This document shows positions 34,459 to 43,348 of a stretch of 64,000 nt of DNA, in pieces. This stretch comes from an uncultured Acidobacteriota bacterium (lineage in GTDB: Bacteria > Acidobacteriota > Thermoanaerobaculia > UBA5066 > Gp7-AA6). How positions within the stretch are numbered: the stretch's first letter is position 1; every line of letters starts with the position of its first letter. The position numbers were made by a program, and so were the translations under genes. The stretch spans positions 270,175-334,174 of the forward strand of contig CAWATD010000006.1 of assembly GCA_963784935.1 (NCBI GenBank), read 5' to 3'. The notes under the pieces are model-generated. The model made no database searches. It worked only from the letters and a program-made list of their open reading frames with translations, and was not told the origin of the DNA.

Positions 34459-34532
34459 GGGGGCAGGGACGACTGGCCCCGCCGGAGGGACGGAATAAGG
34501 GCCCCGCGGGGCCCGTTTCCGTCTCCGGCCCG

Positions 34533-35147
34533 ATGAACTGCGCAAGAGCCCGTTTTCTCCTGTACGCCCACCTGGACCGCGAATTGCCCGGCGCGGAGGA
34601 GGCAGCGCTCGACCGCCACGTGGCTTTTTGCGCCCCCTGTGCCACCCGGGCCCGTTCGGCCCGTAGCCTTTCGGGGATCCTCCACTCCCGGCTCCGCCAC
34701 GACCATGCCCCCGAGGCCCTCCTGGAACGGCTCCGCAGCGGCCGCCTCGAGCCCCGGATGCGGATGCGGTACGCGCCGCTCGGGATTGCGGCCTCGATCC
34801 TGCTTCTGATCCTCCCGCTCGTCGCCGACCAGGCCGGACCGCGCGGCGGGGTCTTCTCCATGGTCGCGCCGGTGGCCGTGACCGCCCCGCGGGGCGTCAT
34901 CCCCGTCTCGCGCCAGATGAGCGGGACCTTCGTTTGCCTGCAGTGCGACGGCCGCCACGAAAAGGAACTCTGTCCGCTCACCGAGCCCGCCCACGAGCTC
35001 GGCTTCTGCGCCGACAACGGCGAGACCTTCCGCGTCATGACGACCGACGCCGCATTCGCGTCGGCCTCGGTCGGCCAGGCGGTCACCGTCGAGGGCGTGG
35101 CCTTCCCCGAGTCGGGGTTCCTCCGCGCCAACCGGGTGGGGTATTGA
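34533..35147 (+). CDS. anti-sigma factor, zinc-finger (HxxxCxxC) with TM helix and extracytoplasmic domain
   Basis: 204 aa with an HVAFCAPC motif and the TM segment LGIAASILLLILPLV; immediately downstream of the ECF sigma. Confidence 0.7.
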   Translation: MNCARARFLLYAHLDRELPGAEEAALDRHVAFCAPCATRARSARSLSGILHSRLRHDHAPEALLERLRSGRLEPRMRMRYAPLGIAASILLLILPLVADQAGPRGGVFSMVAPVAVTAPRGVIPVSRQMSGTFVCLQCDGRHEKELCPLTEPAHELGFCADNGETFRVMTTDAAFASASVGQAVTVEGVAFPESGFLRANRVGY

Positions 35148-35252
35148 CGAGTCGCGACGGGTGAGTCGTCGCGTCGAGACGGCTCGTCCCTTGTGGCCCT
35201 GCACGCATAACCCATAAATCGCGGCTCGCGACCCCCCGTTACAATCGCTTCC

Positions 35253-37163
35253 ATGGAGCAGTCGTCCTTCGACGCCTCCGCGCCGGCGCGCGTCGATCTG
35301 GCCGGCGGGACGCTGGATCTCTGGCCCTTGCACGTCCTCCATCCCGGATCGGTCACGGTCAACGTGGCGATCGACCTGCGCGCCCGGTGCTGCGTCCGCA
35401 GGCGGGAGAGCGGGTTTCGCGTCACGGTGCCGGACCTCGGGTACGAGCGCGTGGTCGCCAGGCCCGAGGAGCTGCTGGCGGACCCCCGGGGGGCGCTGGC
35501 CGGGGCGCTGCTCGAGGCGCTCGAAATCGCGCGGCCGTGCGACATCGAGCTCTCATCGGACGTGCCGTACAGCTCGGGCCTCGGCGGCTCCTCGGCGCTG
35601 ACCGTGGCGATGGCGGCGGCGCTGTCCGCGAGCGTCGGCCGCGAGTTCGGGGGCCCCCGCGAAGTGGAGTTCGTGCGCGACGTCGAGACGCGCGTGCTGG
35701 GCAAGCCCGCGGGAACGCAGGACTACTATCCGCCGCTGTCCGGCGGGCTGCACAGCCTGCGTTTCCTTCCCGGTCGCGTCGAGCCGGAGCGCCGGGAGCT
35801 CGACCCGGCGGCGTGGCTGCGGCACCTGACGCTCTTCGACACCGGCGCGTCGCATTCGTCGGGCATGAACAACTGGGAGGTTTTCCGGTCCCGGCTCGAG
35901 GGCGATCTCGGCGTCGCGGCGCGCCTCGACGATGTCCGGGCGGCCGCCCTCGAGATGGCCGAGGCGGCGCGGGCAGAGGACTTCCGCGCGATGGGCGGGG
36001 CACTGCGAAGCGAATGGGAAGCGCGGCGGCGACTGGCGCCGGTCGTGTCTTCTCCTGCAATCGAAACGGTCATCGCGGCCGCGCTCGAGGCGGGCGCCTG
36101 GGGCGGCAAGGCCTGCGGCGCCGGGGGAGGCGGCTGCGTCGTCGTCCTGTCTCCGCCCGAAAAGATGCCGGCCGTGCGCGAGGCGCTGGCCCGGTTGCGC
36201 GGGAGGACGCCTGCTGCTGGTTGCCGCGGAGAACCGCGGGTTGACGGTCCGCGGCTAGCGCCCCCAATGGCCTGCGGCGGCGACCCCCCAGGCACCGCGG
36301 CGGACGCGTCCACCTGGGGGCAGCTTGCTTCCGTGGACGCTCGCTTTGATTGGGCCGATCTGAGGCAGTCTTTCGCCAGAGCGGTCGAATCGGACCTTGG
36401 GCCCTGGCTCGACCCGAGCCAGCCATACCTCAGCCAGCAGCTGGTTTTCGCTCTGGGCCGGTTCGACGAGGGTGCGGCGCTGCTTCGCTACTGCGAGTTC
36501 GACGACGACAAGCTGCCGCCGAAGCCTCGCGATGTTCTGGACATCGGCACGGGAAACGGCGGGGTCGCCTTCGCGTTCGCCAATTGCCCCGGGTATCGGG
36601 TGACGGCCATCGACGTCGGCCAGAATCGAGTGTTCCGGCAGGTCGCCCGCTCGACCGGGCTGCCCGTGCGCTATGCGTTGGCGAGCGGTCGCGAATTGCC
36701 GTGCGCCAGCCGGAGCGTCGATCTGGTGCTCCTGATCGAGACGCTCGAGCACATCTCCCGACCGCGGCGCCTGGGAAAGGAAATCATGCGCGTGCTGCGC
36801 CCGGCCGGCGTCTGCCTCGTCTCGACGCCGGCACGGCTGCGGTACGTGTTCGCGCCCGACCCGCATTACGGCGTGCGAGGCATCGCCGCCCTGCCCAACT
36901 TCCTGCAAAGGTTCACCGTCAATCGGGTTGCGCGGCGCAGGATCATCGCCCCCGACGGGACGTCGTGGCCGGCCTACGACGTGGAACACCTCTACTGGCG
37001 CGTCCAGGGAATCGCCCGCCTGTTTCCGGGCCCGAAGGCGGTCAACGCCCTCTATGCGCGCCCCATGAACGGAGGGCCGCCGTTCTCCCACGAATGGTGG
37101 CGGCGCAAGCTGCGCGACTTCCTTTTCGACTACGTCCTCGTCCAGAAGGACGGTGGGCGCTAG
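35253..37163 (+). CDS. GHMP-family sugar kinase fused to class I SAM-dependent methyltransferase (fusion possibly an artefact of a frameshift near 36200)
   Basis: N-terminal GHMP kinase motifs (PARVDLAGGTLDLWPL, PYSSGLGGSSAL, ...GKACGAGGGGCVVVL). C-terminal methyltransferase motifs (VLDIGTGNGGVAFAFA, VDLVLLIETLEHI). See findings for the alternative two-gene reading. Confidence 0.7.
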   Translation: MEQSSFDASAPARVDLAGGTLDLWPLHVLHPGSVTVNVAIDLRARCCVRRRESGFRVTVPDLGYERVVARPEELLADPRGALAGALLEALEIARPCDIELSSDVPYSSGLGGSSALTVAMAAALSASVGREFGGPREVEFVRDVETRVLGKPAGTQDYYPPLSGGLHSLRFLPGRVEPERRELDPAAWLRHLTLFDTGASHSSGMNNWEVFRSRLEGDLGVAARLDDVRAAALEMAEAARAEDFRAMGGALRSEWEARRRLAPVVSSPAIETVIAAALEAGAWGGKACGAGGGGCVVVLSPPEKMPAVREALARLRGRTPAAGCRGEPRVDGPRLAPPMACGGDPPGTAADASTWGQLASVDARFDWADLRQSFARAVESDLGPWLDPSQPYLSQQLVFALGRFDEGAALLRYCEFDDDKLPPKPRDVLDIGTGNGGVAFAFANCPGYRVTAIDVGQNRVFRQVARSTGLPVRYALASGRELPCASRSVDLVLLIETLEHISRPRRLGKEIMRVLRPAGVCLVSTPARLRYVFAPDPHYGVRGIAALPNFLQRFTVNRVARRRIIAPDGTSWPAYDVEHLYWRVQGIARLFPGPKAVNALYARPMNGGPPFSHEWWRRKLRDFLFDYVLVQKDGGR

Positions 37164-37168
37164 CGCCG

Positions 37169-37528
37169 TCAGATCCGGTCGAGGTCGGCGACGGTGCGTT
37201 CTCCGACGACGTTGCCCGTGTTGAGCGTCGTCTTCGGCTCCATGAGCACGATCCAGCACTCCTCCTCGGCCGAAGGCTTGTGCTCGGTGCCTTTCGGCAC
37301 GATGAAGAACTCGCCCTCGGAAAGCTCGATGTCGCCGGTGCGCAGTCCCATGCGCATCCGCCCCCGGACGACGAGGAACATCTCGTCCTCGTTCTCGTGA
37401 TGGTGCCAGACGAACTCGCCCCGGAGCTTCACGAGCTTGACCTGATGGTCGTTCAGGTCGCCGACGACCTTCGGGCTGAAATGGTCCTGGAAAAGGGCGA
37501 ATTTCTCGAGCAGGTTGACTTTGTCCAT
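37169..37528 (-). CDS. cupin-domain protein
   Basis: Internal Met (MDKVNLLEKFALF...) of ORF 37169..37624; cupin motifs GEFVWHHHENEDEMFLVVRG ... FIVPKGTEH. Confidence 0.7.
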   Translation of the reverse strand: MDKVNLLEKFALFQDHFSPKVVGDLNDHQVKLVKLRGEFVWHHHENEDEMFLVVRGRMRMGLRTGDIELSEGEFFIVPKGTEHKPSAEEECWIVLMEPKTTLNTGNVVGERTVADLDRI

Positions 37529-37563
37529 CAATGGTCCCTTCCGATAGCTACCGCGGCACAAAA

Positions 37564-37599
37564 GTGATCCTTCGGCGCTGCGCGCCTCAGGATGGCGTC
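37564..37599. repeat. REP-like palindromic intergenic repeat, copy 2 (inverted orientation)
   Basis: GTGATCCTTCGGCGCTGCGCGCCTCAGGATGGCGTC, the reverse complement of the family consensus. Confidence 0.6.
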
Positions 37600-37620
37600 G
37601 CGGGCGTTGCTCCCGCGACA

Positions 37621-39657
37621 TCACATTCTCCCCGGCTCCGGGATTCCCAACAGTCCGAGCAGGCGCGACATCTCCGTCCGGAAGATGCGCGCGATCGCCA
37701 CCCGGCGGTTCCGGATGTCGGCGTCCGCTTCCTGGAGGATGGGCTGGCGGTGGTAGAAGTGGTTGAAGCTCTGGGCCAGCCCGAATGCGTGCCGCGCGAG
37801 GGTCGCGAGTTCGAGCGAATCCACGGCCCGCTCGGCCACGTCCGGCGTCGAGGCGGATTCGAGTGCGATGGCCCAGAGGTCGTCGTCCCAGTCCTGGCCG
37901 TCGAAGTCTCGGGCCGGGGGCGCGGCGGCGATGCCTTTCTCCTCGAGCTTGCGGAAGATGTTGTCGGCCCGCACCAGCGAATACTGGAGGTACGGCCCGG
38001 TGTCCCCCTCGAAGTTCAGGGCCTCGTCAAAATCGAAGGCGATGATCTTGTTGCGGCCGACCTTGAGCAGGAAATAGCGCAGCGCTCCGATCGCGATGGC
38101 GCGCGCGTCCTGCTCGGCCGCCGCGGCCCCTGCGCCCGCATCCGCCCCGCGGCGGCTCGTGATCTCCGCGCGGGACCGCTCGAGAAGGAGCTCGACGAGG
38201 TCGTCGGCCTTGACGCCCAGGCCCTTGCGGCCCGACATCTCGACGAACGGCTTCTTCTCGTCCTCGGCGGAGAGGCGGTATTCCTCGCCGAAGCGCTCGG
38301 CCAGCTCGCGCGCCGCCTTCGGCGAGAGCGCCACGATCTCGTAGGAGAAGTGGACGGAGCGGTCCGCCTCCGTCGTGTGTCCGAGGGACCGCAGGCCCTC
38401 GCGCACGACCTTCTGCGGATAGGACTGGCGCACGTCGATGACGTTGAAGACGCGGTGGGCGTGTCCGAAGGCGGGAGCGCCGGCGGCCCCGCCCTCGTGC
38501 GCGGTCCTCCAGAGCGGGTGGTCGTGGACCGGGCGCGGGATCTCCTCCTCGCGCACGGAGCCGGAGCTCCAGTCCGGCCGGAACGGAATGTAGTCGAAGT
38601 CGATCGGCAAGAGGCCGAACTTCCAGAGCTGGTAGGCGATGTCCTTGCCCGTGTACGTGACGGTGCCGGTCGACCGCACCAGGATCTTGTCAGGCTCTTC
38701 CATCCCGGCGAACTCCTCGGATTCGGTCAGGCGCAGCACCCAGCAGCCGGCGTGCTTGCCCTCGGTCTCCAGGTGGATGGCGCCCTTCTCCCTGAGCATC
38801 GCGAAGGCGCGCGACCAGAAGTGTTTGCGCAGGATGTCGCTCTCGCGCGGCAGCAGGTCGTAGGCAATGCCGAGGCGGCCCATCGTCGCCAGGTGCGCCG
38901 AGACCACGGCCTCGACGACCAGGGCCGCGATCCGCGCCGTCTCGTTGTCGCCTTCCTCGATCGCGTGCAGCACGGCGTCGCGCCACGCCTTGGTCTCCGG
39001 GCGCGCCGCGTAGGTGCGGCCGACCTCAGCGTAGAGGTCCCAGCAGAGGTAGGCGAAGCCCTTCGGGTTCACCGCGCCTCCGGGCAGACGGCTCTCGCTC
39101 ACGACCTTCCGGGCGGCTTCGACCGTGGAGACTCCCTGGAGATGAAGCAGCCCGGCCACCACGTCGGCGACCTGGACCCCCGTGTCGTCCAGATAGTTCT
39201 GCACTTCGACGGGGAAGCCCAGGTGTCTGAGCGCGCGGACGAGGACGTCGCCCAGGACCGCATTGCGCAGGTGGCCAATGTGGGCCGCCTTGTTCGGATT
39301 GATGTTCGTGTGCTCGACGATGACCTTGCCCGGGCGCGGCGGCGAGGGCGGCGGCCCGGCGAGGAGGGCCTGGACCACCGGCCCGCGGTCGAGAAAGAAG
39401 TTCAGGTATCCGCCCCCCTCGACCCGCGTCTGGCGCACGCCCGCGGGCAGCCGGACGCCCGAGGCCAGTTCGGTCGCGATCGCCCTCGGCGCCTTCTTCA
39501 GGGCCTTCGCGAGGTCGAAGGCGACCGGGCATGCGAGGTCGCCGAGCGCGATCTTGGGCGGCCGCTCGAGGACGATCCGTTCGATCTCCGCGCCGAAGGC
39601 CTCGCGCGCGGCAGTGCGCAGGGCCTCGGAGATGGCTGCGCGAATCGGCTCGAGCAT
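37621..39657 (-). CDS. argS: arginine--tRNA ligase
   Basis: 678 aa class I aaRS with a HIGH-type motif (PNKAAHIGHLRNAVLGD), ArgRS N-terminal and DALR anticodon-binding C-terminal domains; ends ...GIPEPGRM. Confidence 0.9.
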   Translation of the reverse strand: MLEPIRAAISEALRTAAREAFGAEIERIVLERPPKIALGDLACPVAFDLAKALKKAPRAIATELASGVRLPAGVRQTRVEGGGYLNFFLDRGPVVQALLAGPPPSPPRPGKVIVEHTNINPNKAAHIGHLRNAVLGDVLVRALRHLGFPVEVQNYLDDTGVQVADVVAGLLHLQGVSTVEAARKVVSESRLPGGAVNPKGFAYLCWDLYAEVGRTYAARPETKAWRDAVLHAIEEGDNETARIAALVVEAVVSAHLATMGRLGIAYDLLPRESDILRKHFWSRAFAMLREKGAIHLETEGKHAGCWVLRLTESEEFAGMEEPDKILVRSTGTVTYTGKDIAYQLWKFGLLPIDFDYIPFRPDWSSGSVREEEIPRPVHDHPLWRTAHEGGAAGAPAFGHAHRVFNVIDVRQSYPQKVVREGLRSLGHTTEADRSVHFSYEIVALSPKAARELAERFGEEYRLSAEDEKKPFVEMSGRKGLGVKADDLVELLLERSRAEITSRRGADAGAGAAAAEQDARAIAIGALRYFLLKVGRNKIIAFDFDEALNFEGDTGPYLQYSLVRADNIFRKLEEKGIAAAPPARDFDGQDWDDDLWAIALESASTPDVAERAVDSLELATLARHAFGLAQSFNHFYHRQPILQEADADIRNRRVAIARIFRTEMSRLLGLLGIPEPGRM

Positions 39658-39710
39658 GGCCGGCGAGTATAACGGGCGCGTATCTCTCCGGGCGCAGTCG
39701 GTTCTCGTGC

Positions 39711-39807
39711 GTCATCCCGAGGAGTGAAAGAACGAGGGGTCCCGGGCTTGATTGCCTCGGTCGCATGTCGAAGCCGCGGTCCCTCGCTGCGCTCGGGATG
39801 ACGGGCA
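39711..39807. repeat. expanded/split copy of the REP-like repeat in the argS 5-prime region (GTCATCCCGAGG ... ~70 nt ... CTCGGGATGAC)
   Basis: An 11-nt perfect inverted repeat (39711-39721 and 39793-39803) shares the GTCATCCYGAGG arm of the family. Confidence 0.45.
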
Positions 39808-39832
39808 ATGGTTCGAGGACTAGAATGACCCC

Positions 39833-40312
39833 GTGACCACTCCCGTCGTCCGTTCCGTCTCCGTCGGGGCCTCGGCCGTGGATGCCTTCGACGCATTCAC
39901 GCGCGTCTCGGACCTGCTGTCCTGGCTGTGCGAGGGCGCGCTCGTGGGCCTGCGTCCCGGCGGAAACTGGGCGGTCGGCTTCACCGACCCGCGCGGAGTC
40001 ACCGAAGCGACCGTGCTCGGCAAGATCGAGGAATTCGAACGCGGCCGGCGCCTGGTCGTGGGGAACATCTCGTACGAGCCGCGCGAGGGCGAAGCCCTCT
40101 CGGGCATCCGCATGGAGCTGACCTTCGCCGAGAGCGAGGCGGGTTGCGTGGTGACGGTCTCGCAGGACGTGCCCGACGCCGGGCCGGCCTACGAGCGCTA
40201 TTCGGGCGAGGCGGGGACCGGCTGGGAAACGAGCCTGGCGGACCTGAAGGCGTATCTCGAGGGGCCGCGCCGCCGCCGCATCCTCATCGAAGCCGGGCTG
40301 CCGGAGAACTGA
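39833..40312 (+). CDS. SRPBCC-superfamily protein (AHSA1/Bet v1-like)
   Basis: 159 aa with a START/AHSA1-like fold signature; its stop is 1 nt before the next start. Confidence 0.6.
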   Translation: MTTPVVRSVSVGASAVDAFDAFTRVSDLLSWLCEGALVGLRPGGNWAVGFTDPRGVTEATVLGKIEEFERGRRLVVGNISYEPREGEALSGIRMELTFAESEAGCVVTVSQDVPDAGPAYERYSGEAGTGWETSLADLKAYLEGPRRRRILIEAGLPEN

Positions 40313-40313
40313 G

Positions 40314-41066
40314 ATGAGAGACGAGTTGATCGGGTTGACGGAGACGAGCGCCTGCGCGATCTGCGGAGGCATGGGCTGGGTGCTGGACTCCTCCGACGGC
40401 CGCAAGCAGGCCCATCCCTGCGCGTGTCGCGCGGCTGGCCTTGCGCGCGCCCGCCTCGACGCGGCCGGCATTCCGCAGCGGTACCGCGACTGCACGCTCG
40501 ACAACTTCTCCGACAACAACGTCAGCCTCACGAAGGCCAAAGCGGCGGCGCGCGACTTCGTGGACGCCTATCCGGTCGTGGAGGCGGGGCTCCTGCTCGT
40601 GGGGCCGGCGGGCCGGGGCAAGACGCACCTGGCCTGCGCCATCCTCTCGGAGCTCGTGACGACCAAGGGCGTGGCCGGCCTCTACGTGGACTTTTCGGAC
40701 CTGCTCATGAAGATCACGACGTCTTTCCGCCCGGACGCCGATGTCTCGAAGGAATCGGTCCTTACGCCGTACGCCGACACGGAGCTGCTGGTGCTCGACG
40801 AGCTCGGCGCCTCCAAGCCCCATCCGTGGGTCCTCGACGTGCTCTACAGCCTGCTGAACACCCGCTACAACCGCAAGCGGATCACGGTGGCCACGTCCAA
40901 CTTCGAGGACGAGCTCGAGCCGTCCCAGGGCGAACGCGAGAAGCTCGAGGACCGGATCGGCTACCGGCTGCGCAGCCGCCTCTTCGAGATGTGCCTGATG
41001 GTGCCCCTGCGCGGGAGCGACTTCCGCAAGGACGTCCTCGGCACCCGGATCCGGTCCCGGTTTTGA
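40314..41066 (+). CDS. DnaC/IstB-family AAA+ ATPase with N-terminal zinc-finger (putative helicase loader-like protein)
   Basis: 250 aa with CAICGG...HPCAC, a Walker A motif (GPAGRGKTHLA) and Walker B (LLVLDELG). There is no adjacent IstA transposase. Confidence 0.75.
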   Translation: MRDELIGLTETSACAICGGMGWVLDSSDGRKQAHPCACRAAGLARARLDAAGIPQRYRDCTLDNFSDNNVSLTKAKAAARDFVDAYPVVEAGLLLVGPAGRGKTHLACAILSELVTTKGVAGLYVDFSDLLMKITTSFRPDADVSKESVLTPYADTELLVLDELGASKPHPWVLDVLYSLLNTRYNRKRITVATSNFEDELEPSQGEREKLEDRIGYRLRSRLFEMCLMVPLRGSDFRKDVLGTRIRSRF

Positions 41067-43294
41067 AGGCGCGAACCGCAAGCCCCCTCGCGCGCCTGGC
41101 GCTCTGCGGCCTGCCATGGATGCTTTCCTGCGCGACGCCCGCGCCGCGCCCCCCGGCGCTTCCGTCGCCGGCCCAGGCGCCCCTGCCGATTCCGGCGATG
41201 CGCGTCGCGCCCCCCGAACCCGTGGCGCCTTCCGGGGTGTTGTACCGGGTCGGCATGAAGAGCGACCTGACGGAATTCGTGGCGGGTACGGCCGGAACGG
41301 TCTGGGTCGTCGCTTCCGGCGACCGCGCGGAGCTCGTCCAGGGCCCCGTCACGCTTCGCCCGGAGGGGGCCGCCGCCGCAGGTTTCTTCCAAGTCCAGGC
41401 GGGGGCCTTCTCGCAGGAGGAGCCTGCCCGGAAACTCGCCGAGCGGCTCGGAGCGACATATCAGTCTTCGGCCCAGATCGCGTTCTCGGCCGATCGCGGG
41501 CTCTATCGCGTGCTGCTCGGCGCCTTTCCTTCGCGGCCCGATGCGGACGCGTTTCTGTCGAGGCTGAAGGCCGCGGGCCAGGACGGCTTCGTGGTGGCGG
41601 GGGCCCCGGTGAGCTCGCCGGCGCCGTCCACGATCTCGGTCACCGGCGGCGCGGGCGCCTCGCTCGCCTTGCCCTCGCCGGTCGACCTCTATGCCCCCGC
41701 GCCGGACGTGCGCGTCGTGGTGGACGGCGTTGCCTATCGGGGCAGCTTGCGGATCGCCGCGAATTCCCGCGGCACTCTGAACGTGGTCAATCGCGTCGAC
41801 CTCGAGGAATACCTTTACGGCGTCGTGCCGGCCGAGATGGGACCGAAGCGGTTCGATGCGATCGAGGGGCTCAAGGCCCAGGCCGTGGCCGCCAGGACCT
41901 ACGCGATGGCGCACCGCGCCCAGTTCGAGAGCGAGGGCTATGACATCTGCCCCGGCCCGAAATGCCAGGCGTACGGCGGGGCGTCGGCGGAGGACCCGCT
42001 CTCGACTGCGGCCGTCGACGGCACGCGGGGCCTGGTGCTCGCTTACCAGGGACAGTTCGCGGACGCACTCTTCGTCTCGACCTGCGGCGGCGTGACCGAG
42101 AACGTCGAGAACGTATTCTCCGGCGGGCCGCTGCCGTACCTCGTGTCGGTGTCGTGCGGCGAGTTGCCGACCGAAGAGCTGCTCGGGGCCCCCGTCGGCC
42201 GGGACCGGGCGGGGGAGCCCCGTGCGGGCCTGGCATGGCGTGGCTACGTGCTGGCCCGGCACGCGCCGAAGAAGGCGACGCCCCGCGCCGCGAGCCTCGA
42301 GCTCGCTCAGAAGTGGGCCGGCGTGCCGCGCCGCGGCCCGGCCCCTCCGCACCTCTCACCCTCGGCCGTTTACCCGTCGCTCGTCTCCGACTTCGGCCTC
42401 ACCGAGGCGCGCCTGGTGCATCTGACGCCGCCCGACGAGCGGTATTACGCCGAGCACCCCTCCGCGGTCGGCGGGCTGGTCGGGCCCACGCGCAGCGCTT
42501 ACGAATTTCTCCTGCGCTTCCGGTTCGCCGGGGACCTGATTCCGCCGGCCGATCGCGATCTCGGCGAGGAGGAGTACGCGGGCCTCCTCTTCTCGGCCGC
42601 CCTGCGATTGCTCGGAGTCACCGAGGGCTCGGGCCGATTCCTCGCGCGCGAGGGCTCGAACCTCTGGGTCAAGACGGCGGACGGGCGGCAGGGCCTCCCG
42701 GTCAATCCCGACATCCCGCTCGGGCGCAAGGTGGGCAACCTCTACTACCCGACGAGCACGCTGACCCTGCGGCCGGGCGATCGGCTGCGCTGGTTCCGCA
42801 ACGGGAGCGAGGTGCTCGCACTCTGGGTCGACATGGAGGCGGACGGGCCGGCATTCGAGCGCGACTCGGCGTGGACCGAATGGGTCCGCCGCGTGCCGGC
42901 CCGGGAGCTCGCCCGGCGCATGGCCGGACGGGTCGCCGGCAACGAGGTCCGCGATGTCGCGGTCACGAAACGCAGCCCGACCGGACGCGCGATCGAGATG
43001 CGCGTGAAGACCGACCTCGCCGAAGCGACCTTCAAGCGGTTCGATCTGCGCCAGGCGGTCGAGATGCCCGAAATGCTCTTCACGGTCTCGAAGGTCGAAG
43101 GCGCCGACGGCCAGCCGGAGTTCGTGTTCCTCGGCCGCGGCTGGGGACACGGCGTGGGAATGTGCCAGAACGGCGCCTTCGGCATGGCTCTGGCCGGCGA
43201 GACGTACGACCGCATCCTCCGCCACTATTACACCGGCATCGACATCGTCCCCGCCTCCACCGTAACAGCCCCCCCCGCCCCATCAGCCCGGTAA
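41063..43294 (+). CDS. SpoIID/LytB-domain protein with SPOR domain (peptidoglycan-binding; amidase enhancer-like)
   Basis: TTG start overlapping the previous stop, inside ORF 40424..43294. Signal/lipoprotein-like N-terminus; SPOR domain (FQVQAGAFSQEEPARKLAERL...YRVLLGAFPSRPDADAFLSRLKAAG); SpoIID region (...AQAVAARTYAM...CPGPKCQAYGG...). Confidence 0.75.
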   Translation: MKARTASPLARLALCGLPWMLSCATPAPRPPALPSPAQAPLPIPAMRVAPPEPVAPSGVLYRVGMKSDLTEFVAGTAGTVWVVASGDRAELVQGPVTLRPEGAAAAGFFQVQAGAFSQEEPARKLAERLGATYQSSAQIAFSADRGLYRVLLGAFPSRPDADAFLSRLKAAGQDGFVVAGAPVSSPAPSTISVTGGAGASLALPSPVDLYAPAPDVRVVVDGVAYRGSLRIAANSRGTLNVVNRVDLEEYLYGVVPAEMGPKRFDAIEGLKAQAVAARTYAMAHRAQFESEGYDICPGPKCQAYGGASAEDPLSTAAVDGTRGLVLAYQGQFADALFVSTCGGVTENVENVFSGGPLPYLVSVSCGELPTEELLGAPVGRDRAGEPRAGLAWRGYVLARHAPKKATPRAASLELAQKWAGVPRRGPAPPHLSPSAVYPSLVSDFGLTEARLVHLTPPDERYYAEHPSAVGGLVGPTRSAYEFLLRFRFAGDLIPPADRDLGEEEYAGLLFSAALRLLGVTEGSGRFLAREGSNLWVKTADGRQGLPVNPDIPLGRKVGNLYYPTSTLTLRPGDRLRWFRNGSEVLALWVDMEADGPAFERDSAWTEWVRRVPARELARRMAGRVAGNEVRDVAVTKRSPTGRAIEMRVKTDLAEATFKRFDLRQAVEMPEMLFTVSKVEGADGQPEFVFLGRGWGHGVGMCQNGAFGMALAGETYDRILRHYYTGIDIVPASTVTAPPAPSAR

Positions 43295-43348
43295 GCGGGA
43301 GCGAGAGCGAGCGAAGCGAGCGGCAGCGACGGAGATAGAATTGGACCC

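Noticed and set aside
40314-41066. Possible IS21-type insertion sequence (IstB-like ATPase)
   Set aside because: There is no IstA transposase gene and no terminal inverted repeats or target duplications. The gene is embedded by translational coupling between host genes.
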